A stretch of 64,000 nt of DNA from an uncultured Candidatus Saccharibacteria bacterium (lineage in GTDB: Bacteria > Patescibacteriota > Minisyncoccia > Phycocordibacterales > UBA9973): the NCBI GenBank assembly GCA_964404925.1, contig CAYOLW010000002.1:38995-102994 (forward strand), read 5' to 3'. This document shows, piece after piece, positions 9,368 through 18,076 of this stretch. Under the pieces are notes generated by a model. It was not told where the DNA came from and did no database searches. It worked only from the letters and a program-made list of their open reading frames with translations. Position numbers and translations under genes: made by a program. Position 1 is the stretch's first letter, and each line of letters opens with the position of its first letter.

Positions 9368-10042
9368 TTATACTAATATGTATTTAATAAATTCTCTACC
9401 AGTGTTAGTAAGATCATAATCCTGATAGTTCGAACCATTATATGTTGGAATAGTATAAGCTCTTAAAATTCCAATGTTGATTAAATTTGTTTCTGCCTCA
9501 GCCCAAATTTCACGGATATTTGAACCGGGTGATAAATTATATTTACCAGGATTATCATTTGAATCCTTAACTAAATAAGTTTTTAGATGCTCCGAAAGCT
9601 TGTTATTCTTATATACTATAGTGTTCGATAATTTATCTAAAAGATGCAACAGTTCTAAACCTTCCTTACTAACTAACGAAAGAAGGCTAATCATTCGTTC
9701 AATCTCAAACTGTTCTAGGTCTGCTGACTGCGTGTATCCAAGAAATATTTGCCTGATTATTTGTCGTTTCTTCTCATTACGTTCTGATATATATTTTTCA
9801 AAAGAATACACAAACGCATCTTGAAAGTTTTCAGATTTCAAAATTTCCTCACTAAAAATACTTGGGTTATCCCTAACCATTTCAACCCACTCAAGAGCTC
9901 TATTTTGTCTTAATTTTAACCCAGCACCATGCAATGCTTTAGTTAGACCCCAAGCAATATTTAACCCTGGGAGATTTGATGCAATTTGGTCTGCAATAAC
10001 AAGTGCTGAATCTTTTAAAATTTGTTGATCTTTTTCGTTCAT
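9368..10042 (-). CDS. hypothetical protein, DUF4393/Abi-alpha-like
   Basis: Helical N-terminus, EKKRQIIRQIF, C-terminal winged-helix-like LINIGIL...YDLTNTGREFIKYI; family judged by eye. Confidence 0.5.
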   Translation of the reverse strand: MNEKDQQILKDSALVIADQIASNLPGLNIAWGLTKALHGAGLKLRQNRALEWVEMVRDNPSIFSEEILKSENFQDAFVYSFEKYISERNEKKRQIIRQIFLGYTQSADLEQFEIERMISLLSLVSKEGLELLHLLDKLSNTIVYKNNKLSEHLKTYLVKDSNDNPGKYNLSPGSNIREIWAEAETNLINIGILRAYTIPTYNGSNYQDYDLTNTGREFIKYILV

Positions 10043-10048
10043 AATAAA

Positions 10049-10366
10049 TTATTTCAAAATCCCATCTCCGAAAAGAAATACAATAACAGCGACTATTATC
10101 GTTATCGCTGCAGTCCAAGCAGATATTCGGATACTTTTTTCCTGTATTTTTTGAGACTGTTCTTGAGACATCAAACTGTCCCTCATAGCTTTTTCTTGAA
10201 GCCCTAGAGAGTCTAGAGAATTTCTCTCTAGCATGGTAACTAGGGTTCCACACTGGCTGCAAAGGAATAGAGAATTACTCTTCCTGTCGCCACTGTCAGC
10301 ATCCATATGTAGTTCCCAGTCATGATTACAATTTTTAAATTTTGCTCTATATTGTCCTATTCCCAT
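10049..10366 (-). CDS. small protein with Cys/His cluster and C-terminal TM helix
   Basis: CNHDW...CSQCG possible Zn ribbon, coiled linker, hydrophobic C-terminus; 5-6 nt spacing to both neighbours. Confidence 0.6.
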   Translation of the reverse strand: MGIGQYRAKFKNCNHDWELHMDADSGDRKSNSLFLCSQCGTLVTMLERNSLDSLGLQEKAMRDSLMSQEQSQKIQEKSIRISAWTAAITIIVAVIVFLFGDGILK

Positions 10367-10371
10367 AATAG

Positions 10372-11823
10372 TTATATTGTTTTAGGTAGTAAGTTTTTTA
10401 ACAACTTTTCTCCAAGGTAATTATAGATACTGCCTTCAGTAGTAAAATCTGTCGTTTCATTCCAAGTTAATGAAGCAATTGTTTTACCAACTATAACTTC
10501 CCATGGTTTATCTATACCCATTATACCCAGAACCAATATTCTTAAAGATTTTATCTTTAAATTTTTTCTATCATAATCAGCTTGTTTGAAAGCAATCATA
10601 TCTTCAAACTGAGGGTGCGATTTTCCAGTTTTTTCAGTAATCCACTCATCCATTTTTCCTTGTAGAACTTCCCATGTATTGCCCAACGAAGACAAGACCT
10701 CATTAGTTAATAATAAGTTTTCAGCGCTATAACACTTTAATTTTAATTTTATTATAGGTAAATCATCTGAAAGATCAGTTTCTGGTGTATCATCTCGATC
10801 GCGCAAGGAGTAGGCCCTTGCTTTATCATAGACACTTTCAATGATATTTTTTACTTCGGTTTCAAAAGGACCTATTTCTTCTACGCTTCCACAAACACAA
10901 GGATAAATTTTAATTTTCCCTTGTGCCGTCCTGACTGCTTGTTGCCATATTCGCTCGTCATCCTCACCCTCAACAAGTAACACAGGGGCTTCGTTAAAAA
11001 TGTTTGATAGAGGATGTGCACCAAATATAGGCAAAACCTTTTTGTAAATATCTGATATTGGCTTAAACTCAAGGTCCTTTTGTCCAGGAGACAGAAAACT
11101 TAAATTAACATCAGTATACGACTCTAGTGCACCCAATATTGCTGTACTGTGTGTAACTACGATAACCTTGAAGTTATTTTCCTCAACCAGATTTTTTAAA
11201 AAATGCATTAAACGTACCTGTAAATCGGGATGAAGATGCACATCTGGCTCATCTAAAAATAAAAAATTATCTTTTCCAGCAACACATTCTTTACTAAATA
11301 CTAAACATTCAATGCCCAATGATATTAATTCGCTTTCTCCGCTACTTATTGATTCTGGTCCTATTTCTGTCGTAGTTCCTTTGTTATAAATCTTGAAAGT
11401 ATTATCATTTCTTTTTATTTCTATATTATCTAATAGAGAATTTATTTTTGTTATGTAAAGGTCGAAATTATAATCTGTATCTGCTCTTTTGGCACCTTCA
11501 ATTTCTCTTAGAACTAACCACTCTAATTTTTTATATTGGGCGACACTTTGTTGTTTAAAGTTTGGTGTTTGATTTCTACGTCTTTGACCTGGAAGCCAGT
11601 TTACATCGCTTGCTAATGAATTTTCCATTCCTGCATCATAATTCAAAGAGCCACCGCGTTCAGGTGATATATATTTAGTTTTACCATAAGTTTCATTATG
11701 GGAAGATATGTGTTGTTCAACTTTCCTAATGAAAGTACTTTTGCCAGAACCATTCTTACCTAAAACGATATTTATCTTGCTCAGTCCTTTTAATGTGTAT
11801 CCATTAGCATCTAATATATCCAT
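10372..11823 (-). CDS. OLD-family-like ABC ATPase plus TOPRIM nuclease
   Basis: Walker A GKNGSGKS, ISSGE signature, Walker B FLDEPDVHLHP, VTHS; TOPRIM LLVEGEDDE and DxD (LRDRD). Confidence 0.8.
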   Translation of the reverse strand: MDILDANGYTLKGLSKINIVLGKNGSGKSTFIRKVEQHISSHNETYGKTKYISPERGGSLNYDAGMENSLASDVNWLPGQRRRNQTPNFKQQSVAQYKKLEWLVLREIEGAKRADTDYNFDLYITKINSLLDNIEIKRNDNTFKIYNKGTTTEIGPESISSGESELISLGIECLVFSKECVAGKDNFLFLDEPDVHLHPDLQVRLMHFLKNLVEENNFKVIVVTHSTAILGALESYTDVNLSFLSPGQKDLEFKPISDIYKKVLPIFGAHPLSNIFNEAPVLLVEGEDDERIWQQAVRTAQGKIKIYPCVCGSVEEIGPFETEVKNIIESVYDKARAYSLRDRDDTPETDLSDDLPIIKLKLKCYSAENLLLTNEVLSSLGNTWEVLQGKMDEWITEKTGKSHPQFEDMIAFKQADYDRKNLKIKSLRILVLGIMGIDKPWEVIVGKTIASLTWNETTDFTTEGSIYNYLGEKLLKNLLPKTI

Positions 11824-11871
11824 AGGTATTAATTATACTTTAAATTAGTTAAATTTATAGCATCGAAGATA

Positions 11872-11909
11872 CATACAAAAACAGCCCCAATCTGGGCTAT
11901 TTTTGTATG
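11872..11909 (-). terminator. terminator downstream of tRNA-Glu
   Basis: CATACAAAAACAGCCC-CAATCT-GGGCTATTTTTGTATG inverted repeat. Confidence 0.65.
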
Positions 11910-11929
11910 CTACTCGTGCTAGCTGTTGA

Positions 11930-12004
11930 TGGTGACCTCACGGAGAATCGAACTCCGATTAACGGATTGAAAACCCGTTGTCCTAACCGTTAGACGATGA
12001 GGCC
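11930..12004 (-). tRNA. tRNA-Glu(TTC)
   Basis: GGCCTCATCGTCTAACGGTTAGGAC..ACGGG-TTTTCAA-TCCGT..CGGAG-TTCGATT-CTCCG-TGAGGTC-ACCA; upstream TTGCTA-17-TAATAT promoter. Confidence 0.95.
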
Positions 12005-12143
12005 GTTTTTAAATTTTAAACAATAGATTCTCGCCCTTCCGGAGCCTTGGCGTAGTAAGGGTAGGGCTTAGGAGAGATATTACAACATTTCTATAAATTT
12101 AGCAAAACTTTTAAAAGATTTTTGCTTGTGTTCTTGTTGTTTA

Positions 12144-12167
12144 ACATATTAGAATATGCTAATATGT
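12144..12167 (+). promoter_or_regulatory. putative ArsR/SmtB operator
   Basis: Inverted repeat ACATATTAG-N6-CTAATATGT ending 4 nt before the ArsR-family start codon. Confidence 0.65.
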
Positions 12168-12171
12168 ATTT

Positions 12172-12426
12172 ATGAATAGAAATAACCTTTATAAAGCTTT
12201 TTCAAGTGAGCACAGGCTCAAACTTCTGCGGTGTTTGTCAAAGCCAAAGAACGTGACTGAATTATTAGATAATTGTTCTTTTACTCAGTCGGCTCTGTCT
12301 CAGCATTTAAAAGTGCTTAGAGATGCGGGTGTGGTTACTACCAGTAGGCAGGGCAAAGAAATGGTGTATAGCGTCGCTAACAAAAAGGTCACGCAAATTA
12401 CTGACCTATTACTAGATTTTAAATAA
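12172..12426 (+). CDS. ArsR/SmtB-family transcriptional regulator
   Basis: RLKLLRCL..NVTEL..TQSALSQHLKVLRDAGVV..RQGKEMVYS. Confidence 0.9.
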   Translation: MNRNNLYKAFSSEHRLKLLRCLSKPKNVTELLDNCSFTQSALSQHLKVLRDAGVVTTSRQGKEMVYSVANKKVTQITDLLLDFK

Positions 12427-12442
12427 AAAATAAATACTTATT

Positions 12443-13435
12443 ATGAAAAACAATAAATATACAATGTTCGGTGTTGTGGGATTGGTTGTCATTGCGATAG
12501 CTTCTTTGTCTTTTATGGGCAGTCCCAAGAAGCTTGCTGGTGCAGAGTTTATTGATAAATACACAAATACTCCTAATGCTATGTTGATAGACGTGCGAAC
12601 TCCGGGTGAATTTAATACTGGCCATATTGACCAGGCAATAAATATTGATTTTGAAAATTCTACTTTTGTCTCAGAAATAAAAAAGCTAGATACAACAAAA
12701 ACGTATTTTGTATATTGCCGTTCCGGCAACAGGTCAGGGCAAGCTATTTCTGTTATGAAATCCAATGGTATAAAAAACATTTATGAATTAAATGGGGGTA
12801 TTATCTCAAACACAAAAACAATAAATCTTGTGACATTGAATAACTCTGAATACGTTGTCGATCCTAGTGACATGTTAAACGGTAACACCCTTGTCTCTGG
12901 TATAAAAAAATCTGAGCTTTCAGAGAAAGAAATAGCAGGAATTATTTTGATGCGTGAAGAAGAGAAGCTTGCCCGTGATGTATATACTACTCTCGGCAAT
13001 ATTTGGGGGAATAGGATTTTTTCAAATATTGCAGCTTCCGAGCAGACACACATGGATGCCGTCAGAGTTCTGCTGGATAGATATGCAATCACCGATCCTG
13101 TTGTTAATGATACTGTTGGGTATTTTACCTCGGTGTCTATGCAGGATTTGTATAAATTTCTAATAGAAAAAGGTAAAGTTTCAATTATCGATGCTCTTAT
13201 CGTCGGTGCAACTGTTGAAGATTTAGATATTAGAGACTTAGAAACATTAAAAAAAGAAACACAAAAAGAAGACATTTTAGTTACATATAATAATCTACAG
13301 AAAGGATCTAGGAATCATTTGCGTGCTTTTGTTAAAAACATTCAGACAAATGGTGGCACATATACACCTCAATATATTAATGACAGTGACTATGATTTAA
13401 TCATTAATTCAGCTCAAGAAAGAGGCAGAAATTAG
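12443..13435 (+). CDS. exported rhodanese-domain plus DUF2202 (ferritin-like) fusion protein
   Basis: N-terminal hydrophobic anchor; IDVRTPGEF..GHI, YCRSGNRS rhodanese loop; MREEEKLARDVY, NIAASEQTH, GSRNHLRAF. Confidence 0.8.
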   Translation: MKNNKYTMFGVVGLVVIAIASLSFMGSPKKLAGAEFIDKYTNTPNAMLIDVRTPGEFNTGHIDQAINIDFENSTFVSEIKKLDTTKTYFVYCRSGNRSGQAISVMKSNGIKNIYELNGGIISNTKTINLVTLNNSEYVVDPSDMLNGNTLVSGIKKSELSEKEIAGIILMREEEKLARDVYTTLGNIWGNRIFSNIAASEQTHMDAVRVLLDRYAITDPVVNDTVGYFTSVSMQDLYKFLIEKGKVSIIDALIVGATVEDLDIRDLETLKKETQKEDILVTYNNLQKGSRNHLRAFVKNIQTNGGTYTPQYINDSDYDLIINSAQERGRN

Positions 13436-13484
13436 TCCCATTATAGAATTTGAAACTAAGATAAAAGGGGGATATAATTAATGT

Positions 13485-13751
13485 ATGTCTACAGTATTTT
13501 GTCCAACTTGCGGTGATGACGTTGACCCTCGGCACAGTGGGTGTGGGCGGGCTGACTGCCCCTACAGGGATCCAGAACTACCCATCGAGCATGTACCTGG
13601 GCACCATGATGTGGTAGAAGAGAAAGAAGAAGAAAAACCTAAAGTAAAGTCTAAAAAAGAAATGTTAGATGATTTAAATGAATATGGAAGGAAAGTTGAT
13701 GCAGGAGAAAATCCACCAAACAAACCACCCCTCCCATGGAAAAAGCACTGA
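13485..13751 (+). CDS. small hypothetical protein with Cys cluster
   Basis: CPTC..HSGCGRADC; TATAAT shortly before the ATG. Confidence 0.55.
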   Translation: MSTVFCPTCGDDVDPRHSGCGRADCPYRDPELPIEHVPGHHDVVEEKEEEKPKVKSKKEMLDDLNEYGRKVDAGENPPNKPPLPWKKH

Positions 13752-14114
13752 TTACAGTGCTTTTTTTGCTTCCAATATTTTATCATCAATCATGATGTAG
13801 TTGCCGCCGCGGGGTTTGCCAAATAGGATGCCATGGTATTTGAATCCGTGCTTGGCGAGCCATGCCTCGGTATTGGCTCGGTGTGCCTCGGTTCGAGAGG
13901 TAAAGAATGTCACAATGTGTCCTTCGTCATACATGGCGTTTACTTTCTCGAGTGTGCCGGGGATTATGGCCGCGGTTAGCATGCGCTCGGGTTGTTCGTT
14001 CGGTATATCTTCGCAGATGGTGCCATCGATGTCTACCAAGTAGTTGATTTTAGTTTTTGGCAATTCAGGTGAAACTTTATTGCCATTTTCATCGTATTTA
14101 TCTATGAGTTCCAT
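13752..14114 (-). CDS. HAD-superfamily phosphatase (capless type)
   Basis: YLVDIDGTIC, FTSR, GKPRGG.Y..IDDK; start placed at ATG 14114, 7 nt after TATACT. Confidence 0.8.
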   Translation of the reverse strand: MELIDKYDENGNKVSPELPKTKINYLVDIDGTICEDIPNEQPERMLTAAIIPGTLEKVNAMYDEGHIVTFFTSRTEAHRANTEAWLAKHGFKYHGILFGKPRGGNYIMIDDKILEAKKAL

Positions 14115-14269
14115 GGCCAATAGTATAATTGGGTACAGGATTTTAAGCAAATTGGTACCGAGGCATAAAGGTTGAATTTAATGGTCAAAAGTGCTAAAGT
14201 GCGGGCAGGAGGCTATGAAAAGGTCGTTTATAAGCTTAAATATCAAGGATTTATTAACTTTTAAAAATT

Positions 14270-15280
14270 ATGAAAAAAATATATCAAAAAATGTTTGTGT
14301 TTGCGGTGGTCGCTTTGGGTTTGCTGTTTGGATACAGTGCTCATGCTATGACCCCAACTTTGTCTCTATCTAGCAATAACAATAACTATGTTACTGTAAC
14401 GGTAAACGGGGATTCAAATTCCAGCGTCTACCTGTATTACAACCTGTCCTACGGTAATCAAAATACATACCTTGGCACCACCAACGGTTATGGATATTTC
14501 TCAACTACCTTAGAACAAAATAGCTACAACATGACTTCTGGGTCAATGGTGTACGTCACAGTGAACGGACAATCATCTCAGACTTATGTTTGGCCAACCA
14601 ATTACAATAACTGCAGTAATTGTTATACAACTTCAAATAGTACACCTTTGACTATTTCAAGTTTGACCTTGCCAGTCGGATCTAGTGCTGTTTTGAATTC
14701 TACCAATGGTCAGAGTATGACTGTTAACAGTAATTCCAACGGCAGTGTGGTTACAACCTCTGGTTCATTAGGTGGCGGTATCTTGCCAGCTGGTTGCACC
14801 GGTGGACAGTATAGCTACATCAATGGTCAGCCTTGCTACACTAACTACAATTACAACACTAGTTACAACAGTGGAACTCTACAGTTAAATGCGATATCTG
14901 TCGGTACTTCGAATTTGACCATCTGTTCTAATTACAACAATTACAACACTGGTTACAACAATAATTGTATGAATCTCACAGTAACCGTAACCGGAGCTTC
15001 GTTGGCTTATAACAATAACTACAACTATACCAACACTGGTGCAGTACTAGGTGCTTGTTACTTTAACTCAACATTAAGATTCGGAATGACTGGTTCTGAT
15101 GTGTTGTGCTTGCAGTCAGCATTGCAGACACTAGGCTACTTGCCAAGCGGTTATACTAGCCAAGTTTTCGACTCAACCACACTCAGTGCTGTGACTTCTT
15201 TCCAGCGTGCTCGTGGATTATTCGCTGATGGAATAGTAGGTAGAAACACCAGGAATCAACTGCTAAATTACTCTTACTAA
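14270..15280 (+). CDS. secreted Asn/Tyr/Ser-rich protein with C-terminal peptidoglycan-binding domain
   Basis: Signal peptide (SAHA); LRFGMTGSDVLCLQSALQTLGY...AVTSFQRARGLFADGIVGRNTR PG_binding_1 pattern. Confidence 0.8.
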   Translation: MKKIYQKMFVFAVVALGLLFGYSAHAMTPTLSLSSNNNNYVTVTVNGDSNSSVYLYYNLSYGNQNTYLGTTNGYGYFSTTLEQNSYNMTSGSMVYVTVNGQSSQTYVWPTNYNNCSNCYTTSNSTPLTISSLTLPVGSSAVLNSTNGQSMTVNSNSNGSVVTTSGSLGGGILPAGCTGGQYSYINGQPCYTNYNYNTSYNSGTLQLNAISVGTSNLTICSNYNNYNTGYNNNCMNLTVTVTGASLAYNNNYNYTNTGAVLGACYFNSTLRFGMTGSDVLCLQSALQTLGYLPSGYTSQVFDSTTLSAVTSFQRARGLFADGIVGRNTRNQLLNYSY

Positions 15281-15298
15281 TACGTTTGTAAATAGGCT

Positions 15299-15330
15299 AA
15301 AAAGTGATAGGATTAACCCTATCACTTTTT
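15299..15330 (+). terminator. intrinsic terminator
   Basis: AAAAAGTGATAGG-ATTAAC-CCTATCACTTTTT. Confidence 0.7.
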
Positions 15331-15349
15331 TGTTTATAGTATTTTTTTT

Positions 15350-15436
15350 GGAGATGTGGCTGAGTGGTTGAAGGCACCGGTTTCGAAAACCGGCATTGGG
15401 GTAACTCAATCGAGAGTTCAAATCTCTCCGTCTCCG
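15350..15436 (+). tRNA. tRNA-Ser(CGA)
   Basis: GGAGATG acceptor, anticodon arm CCGGT-TTCGAAA-ACCGG, long variable arm, T arm GAGAG-TTCAAAT-CTCTC. Confidence 0.95.
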
Positions 15437-15454
15437 CTGTGATATAATTTACTA

Positions 15455-16390
15455 GTGAAAAAATTTTTCAATAATTTATTCTGGTTGTTTGTGCTTGTTT
15501 TCTTGGTGTATTATTTTAAGGATACTTTGTCTGCTGGATATACTAAAGTCCAAAGACAATATTTCCCATGTACTGACACTATTTATTATTCTCTGGGTGA
15601 ATTTGATACTAAATTCGGCTTAAGCCAAGAAGAATTTTTGAAATACTTAAACGAAGCTGCTAAAAAATGGAATGAAGCATCTGGCCGGGAGTTACTAGCT
15701 TATTCAGAAAATAGTGATTTTAAAGTAGACCTGGTATACGACAAACGCCAAGCAGTTACTGATGTGTTGGATGACATTGGTGGAGGATTGGACAAAAACA
15801 AGACAGTTTATAATGAACTGAAGGAAAAATATAATGCTGGTATGACTCTGTACAAGATTTCTAAAGCTACATTCGAGAAAGACTGGGTGAGTTTTGCTCA
15901 AAAGAACTCTGAGTATAATAAAAAAGTCCAAGCTGTGAATGCTTCCGGCGGGGCAAGTCCAGAAGAATATTATGCTTTGACCGCTGAAAGGGAGAATCTG
16001 AATACAGAAGAATTAAAGTTGAAAAACATTGAGGACTCGTTAAACAAGTCGGTGGCGTCTGTGAACAAACTAGCCCAAGAGCTCAATACTTTAGCCCAAG
16101 AACTTAACCTTGACGTAACACGATACAACGCCATAGGTGATATGCAGGATGATGAATTCGAGGAGGGTAGATACTATAGAGAAGGTATATCAGAGGGCAT
16201 AGAGATATATCAGTTTGATGATAGGATAAAATTAGAGAGAGTTCTGGCCCATGAGTTTGGGCATGCATTAGGCGTAGAGCATGTGGACGATAAAGAGTCG
16301 ATCATGTATTTCTTGAATACTTCAGGCAATACAGAATTAACAGATTCAGACAAATCTGCTTTGTCGACAATCTGCCATTTAGAAAATTAA
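15455..16390 (+). CDS. matrixin (M10)-like zinc metalloprotease, membrane anchored
   Basis: HEFGHALGVEH (HExxHxxGxxH), Met-turn SIMY, N-terminal TM, central coiled coil. Confidence 0.85.
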   Translation: MKKFFNNLFWLFVLVFLVYYFKDTLSAGYTKVQRQYFPCTDTIYYSLGEFDTKFGLSQEEFLKYLNEAAKKWNEASGRELLAYSENSDFKVDLVYDKRQAVTDVLDDIGGGLDKNKTVYNELKEKYNAGMTLYKISKATFEKDWVSFAQKNSEYNKKVQAVNASGGASPEEYYALTAERENLNTEELKLKNIEDSLNKSVASVNKLAQELNTLAQELNLDVTRYNAIGDMQDDEFEEGRYYREGISEGIEIYQFDDRIKLERVLAHEFGHALGVEHVDDKESIMYFLNTSGNTELTDSDKSALSTICHLEN

Positions 16391-16405
16391 ATTATATCGT
16401 AGAGC

Positions 16406-17506
16406 ATGAAATCAAAAAATAAATTAATAACCCTTTTTATAATCTTGAGTTTTGTTTTTAGTATTGTCCCAGGCATATCCTTGGCCCAGGAACAGAACCA
16501 AGACCAAGTCCTAAAGGCCCGGGTAACAGAGGTGGTGTCTCAAGAAGACAGATACCTACCAGTCACTCAAATCAAGGAGGTGTATCAGACAATCAAGGCA
16601 GATATTCTCGAAGGAGATAAAAAGGGTAAAAATGTCACAATCAGTGATGACTATTTAAAACTAAAGAAAGGAGATACATTTTATTTAATTGAAAGTGTGA
16701 ACCCTGACACGGGAGATGTGCGGTATGCTGTACATGACAAATACCGTTTGCCGGCTATTTTTTTCTTTGTTGTATTGTTTGTGCTGTCTGTTTTTGTTTT
16801 CGGAGGTATTCAAGGAGTGCGTGGGCTCGTCGCGCTTATTGGTAGTATTCTGCTTATATTTTTTGTTTTAGTACCAAGTATTCTGCACGGGTATTCGCCA
16901 ATACTGGTAACCATTGGCGTGTCTTCACTTATTATAGTGTTGGGTTCGTACGTTACGCACGGATTCAATAAGACTACTTCGTCCGCGGTGGTGGGTATGA
17001 TTGTTACGGTGCTTTTCACTGGATTTTTGGCTTATTATGCAGTGGGTATGTCTGGACTTTCTGGCTTTGAATCCGAGGATGCCGTGTATTTGAATTGGAA
17101 TACTAATGGCACTATAGACTTTGTCGGTTTACTGTTTGGGGGGATAATGATTGGTCTTTTGGGTGTGCTGTATGACGTGGCGATAGGGCAGGCAGTGTCT
17201 GTGGAAGAATTACAAGAAGCTGGGCTCAAAGACAGAAAAGTTATTTTAAAAAGAGTTATCAGGATTGGCCGTGAGCATATAGGTGCATTGGTTAACACTC
17301 TGGCTATTGCCTATGTAGGTGCATCTTTACCTTTGCTTTTACTATTTTACAGTAGTGGTAATAACTCCATATTAGAGGTTATAAATCGAGAAGTATTTGC
17401 CACCGAAATAATTAGAACTATTGTTGGGTCCATTGGGCTAGTGCTTGCTGTGCCAATCACCAGCATCATTTCTACTTGGATGTTGGTAAAAAAGTCTAAA
17501 GTTTAA
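16406..17506 (+). CDS. YibE/F-family membrane protein
   Basis: GVLYDVAIGQA, IGREHIGALVNTLAIAYVGASLP, EIIRTIVGSIGLVLAVPIT. Confidence 0.88.
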   Translation: MKSKNKLITLFIILSFVFSIVPGISLAQEQNQDQVLKARVTEVVSQEDRYLPVTQIKEVYQTIKADILEGDKKGKNVTISDDYLKLKKGDTFYLIESVNPDTGDVRYAVHDKYRLPAIFFFVVLFVLSVFVFGGIQGVRGLVALIGSILLIFFVLVPSILHGYSPILVTIGVSSLIIVLGSYVTHGFNKTTSSAVVGMIVTVLFTGFLAYYAVGMSGLSGFESEDAVYLNWNTNGTIDFVGLLFGGIMIGLLGVLYDVAIGQAVSVEELQEAGLKDRKVILKRVIRIGREHIGALVNTLAIAYVGASLPLLLLFYSSGNNSILEVINREVFATEIIRTIVGSIGLVLAVPITSIISTWMLVKKSKV

Positions 17507-17537
17507 AAGCCGTCCTGCATTGGTTGCAGAACGGCTT
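17507..17537. terminator. hairpin between convergent genes
   Basis: AAGCCGTCCTGCA-TTGGT-TGCAGAACGGCTT. Confidence 0.55.
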
Positions 17538-17560
17538 CGTTTTCATTGGTTGCGCCAATT

Positions 17561-17983
17561 TTAAGCTGGCAGATTCTCGGGGTCAAGATTAACCGCCGTC
17601 ATTTGAATACGATACATCAGGTCATCGTCGATAGGGCCACCGGAAATGACGCAACTTGAACAACAGATGTTGCCAAGCACAATTGGTTGTCCGAATTTTT
17701 TAGAGAAAAAGTTCTGCAAAAAAGTTCGAGCAGTTACATCTCCGACTACATCATGTACCTGGGCTGCGAGTTCGTCTGTGTCAGTTATAGCATGTTCGCA
17801 GTAATAGTTACCAGGGGCCACTTTCTGTACCGCTTGATTAAATGAGTGTACGGTTCCGTTAACAAAAGCCGTAACCATTCGCTCCAGTTCAGGAAGTACG
17901 TTTGGCAAGTGGGTTTGAAGTCCTTGAAGGAAGCCACCATTATGGTTCCATACAAGTTTTGCAGTTGTGCAATTCATAATCAA
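17561..17983 (-). CDS. hypothetical protein
   Basis: 140 aa ORF filling an intergenic gap; no motif recognised. Confidence 0.55.
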   Translation of the reverse strand: MIMNCTTAKLVWNHNGGFLQGLQTHLPNVLPELERMVTAFVNGTVHSFNQAVQKVAPGNYYCEHAITDTDELAAQVHDVVGDVTARTFLQNFFSKKFGQPIVLGNICCSSCVISGGPIDDDLMYRIQMTAVNLDPENLPA

Positions 17984-18076
17984 TTTGTTTTACAATTGTG
18001 AAAAGAACTAAGTTATTCGTGATAAACAAAAACTTGAAACTAGTTCAAGTTTGGTTATCATACTGCAGCCAATTCT

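Noticed and set aside
10372-11823. Gabija, PARIS or retron call
   Set aside because: No UvrD helicase, separate AriB-like partner or reverse transcriptase is adjacent
14330-15040. AAC/TAC-rich tracts as a DNA repeat or DGR template
   Set aside because: Explained by Asn/Tyr-rich coding sequence; no second copy was seen
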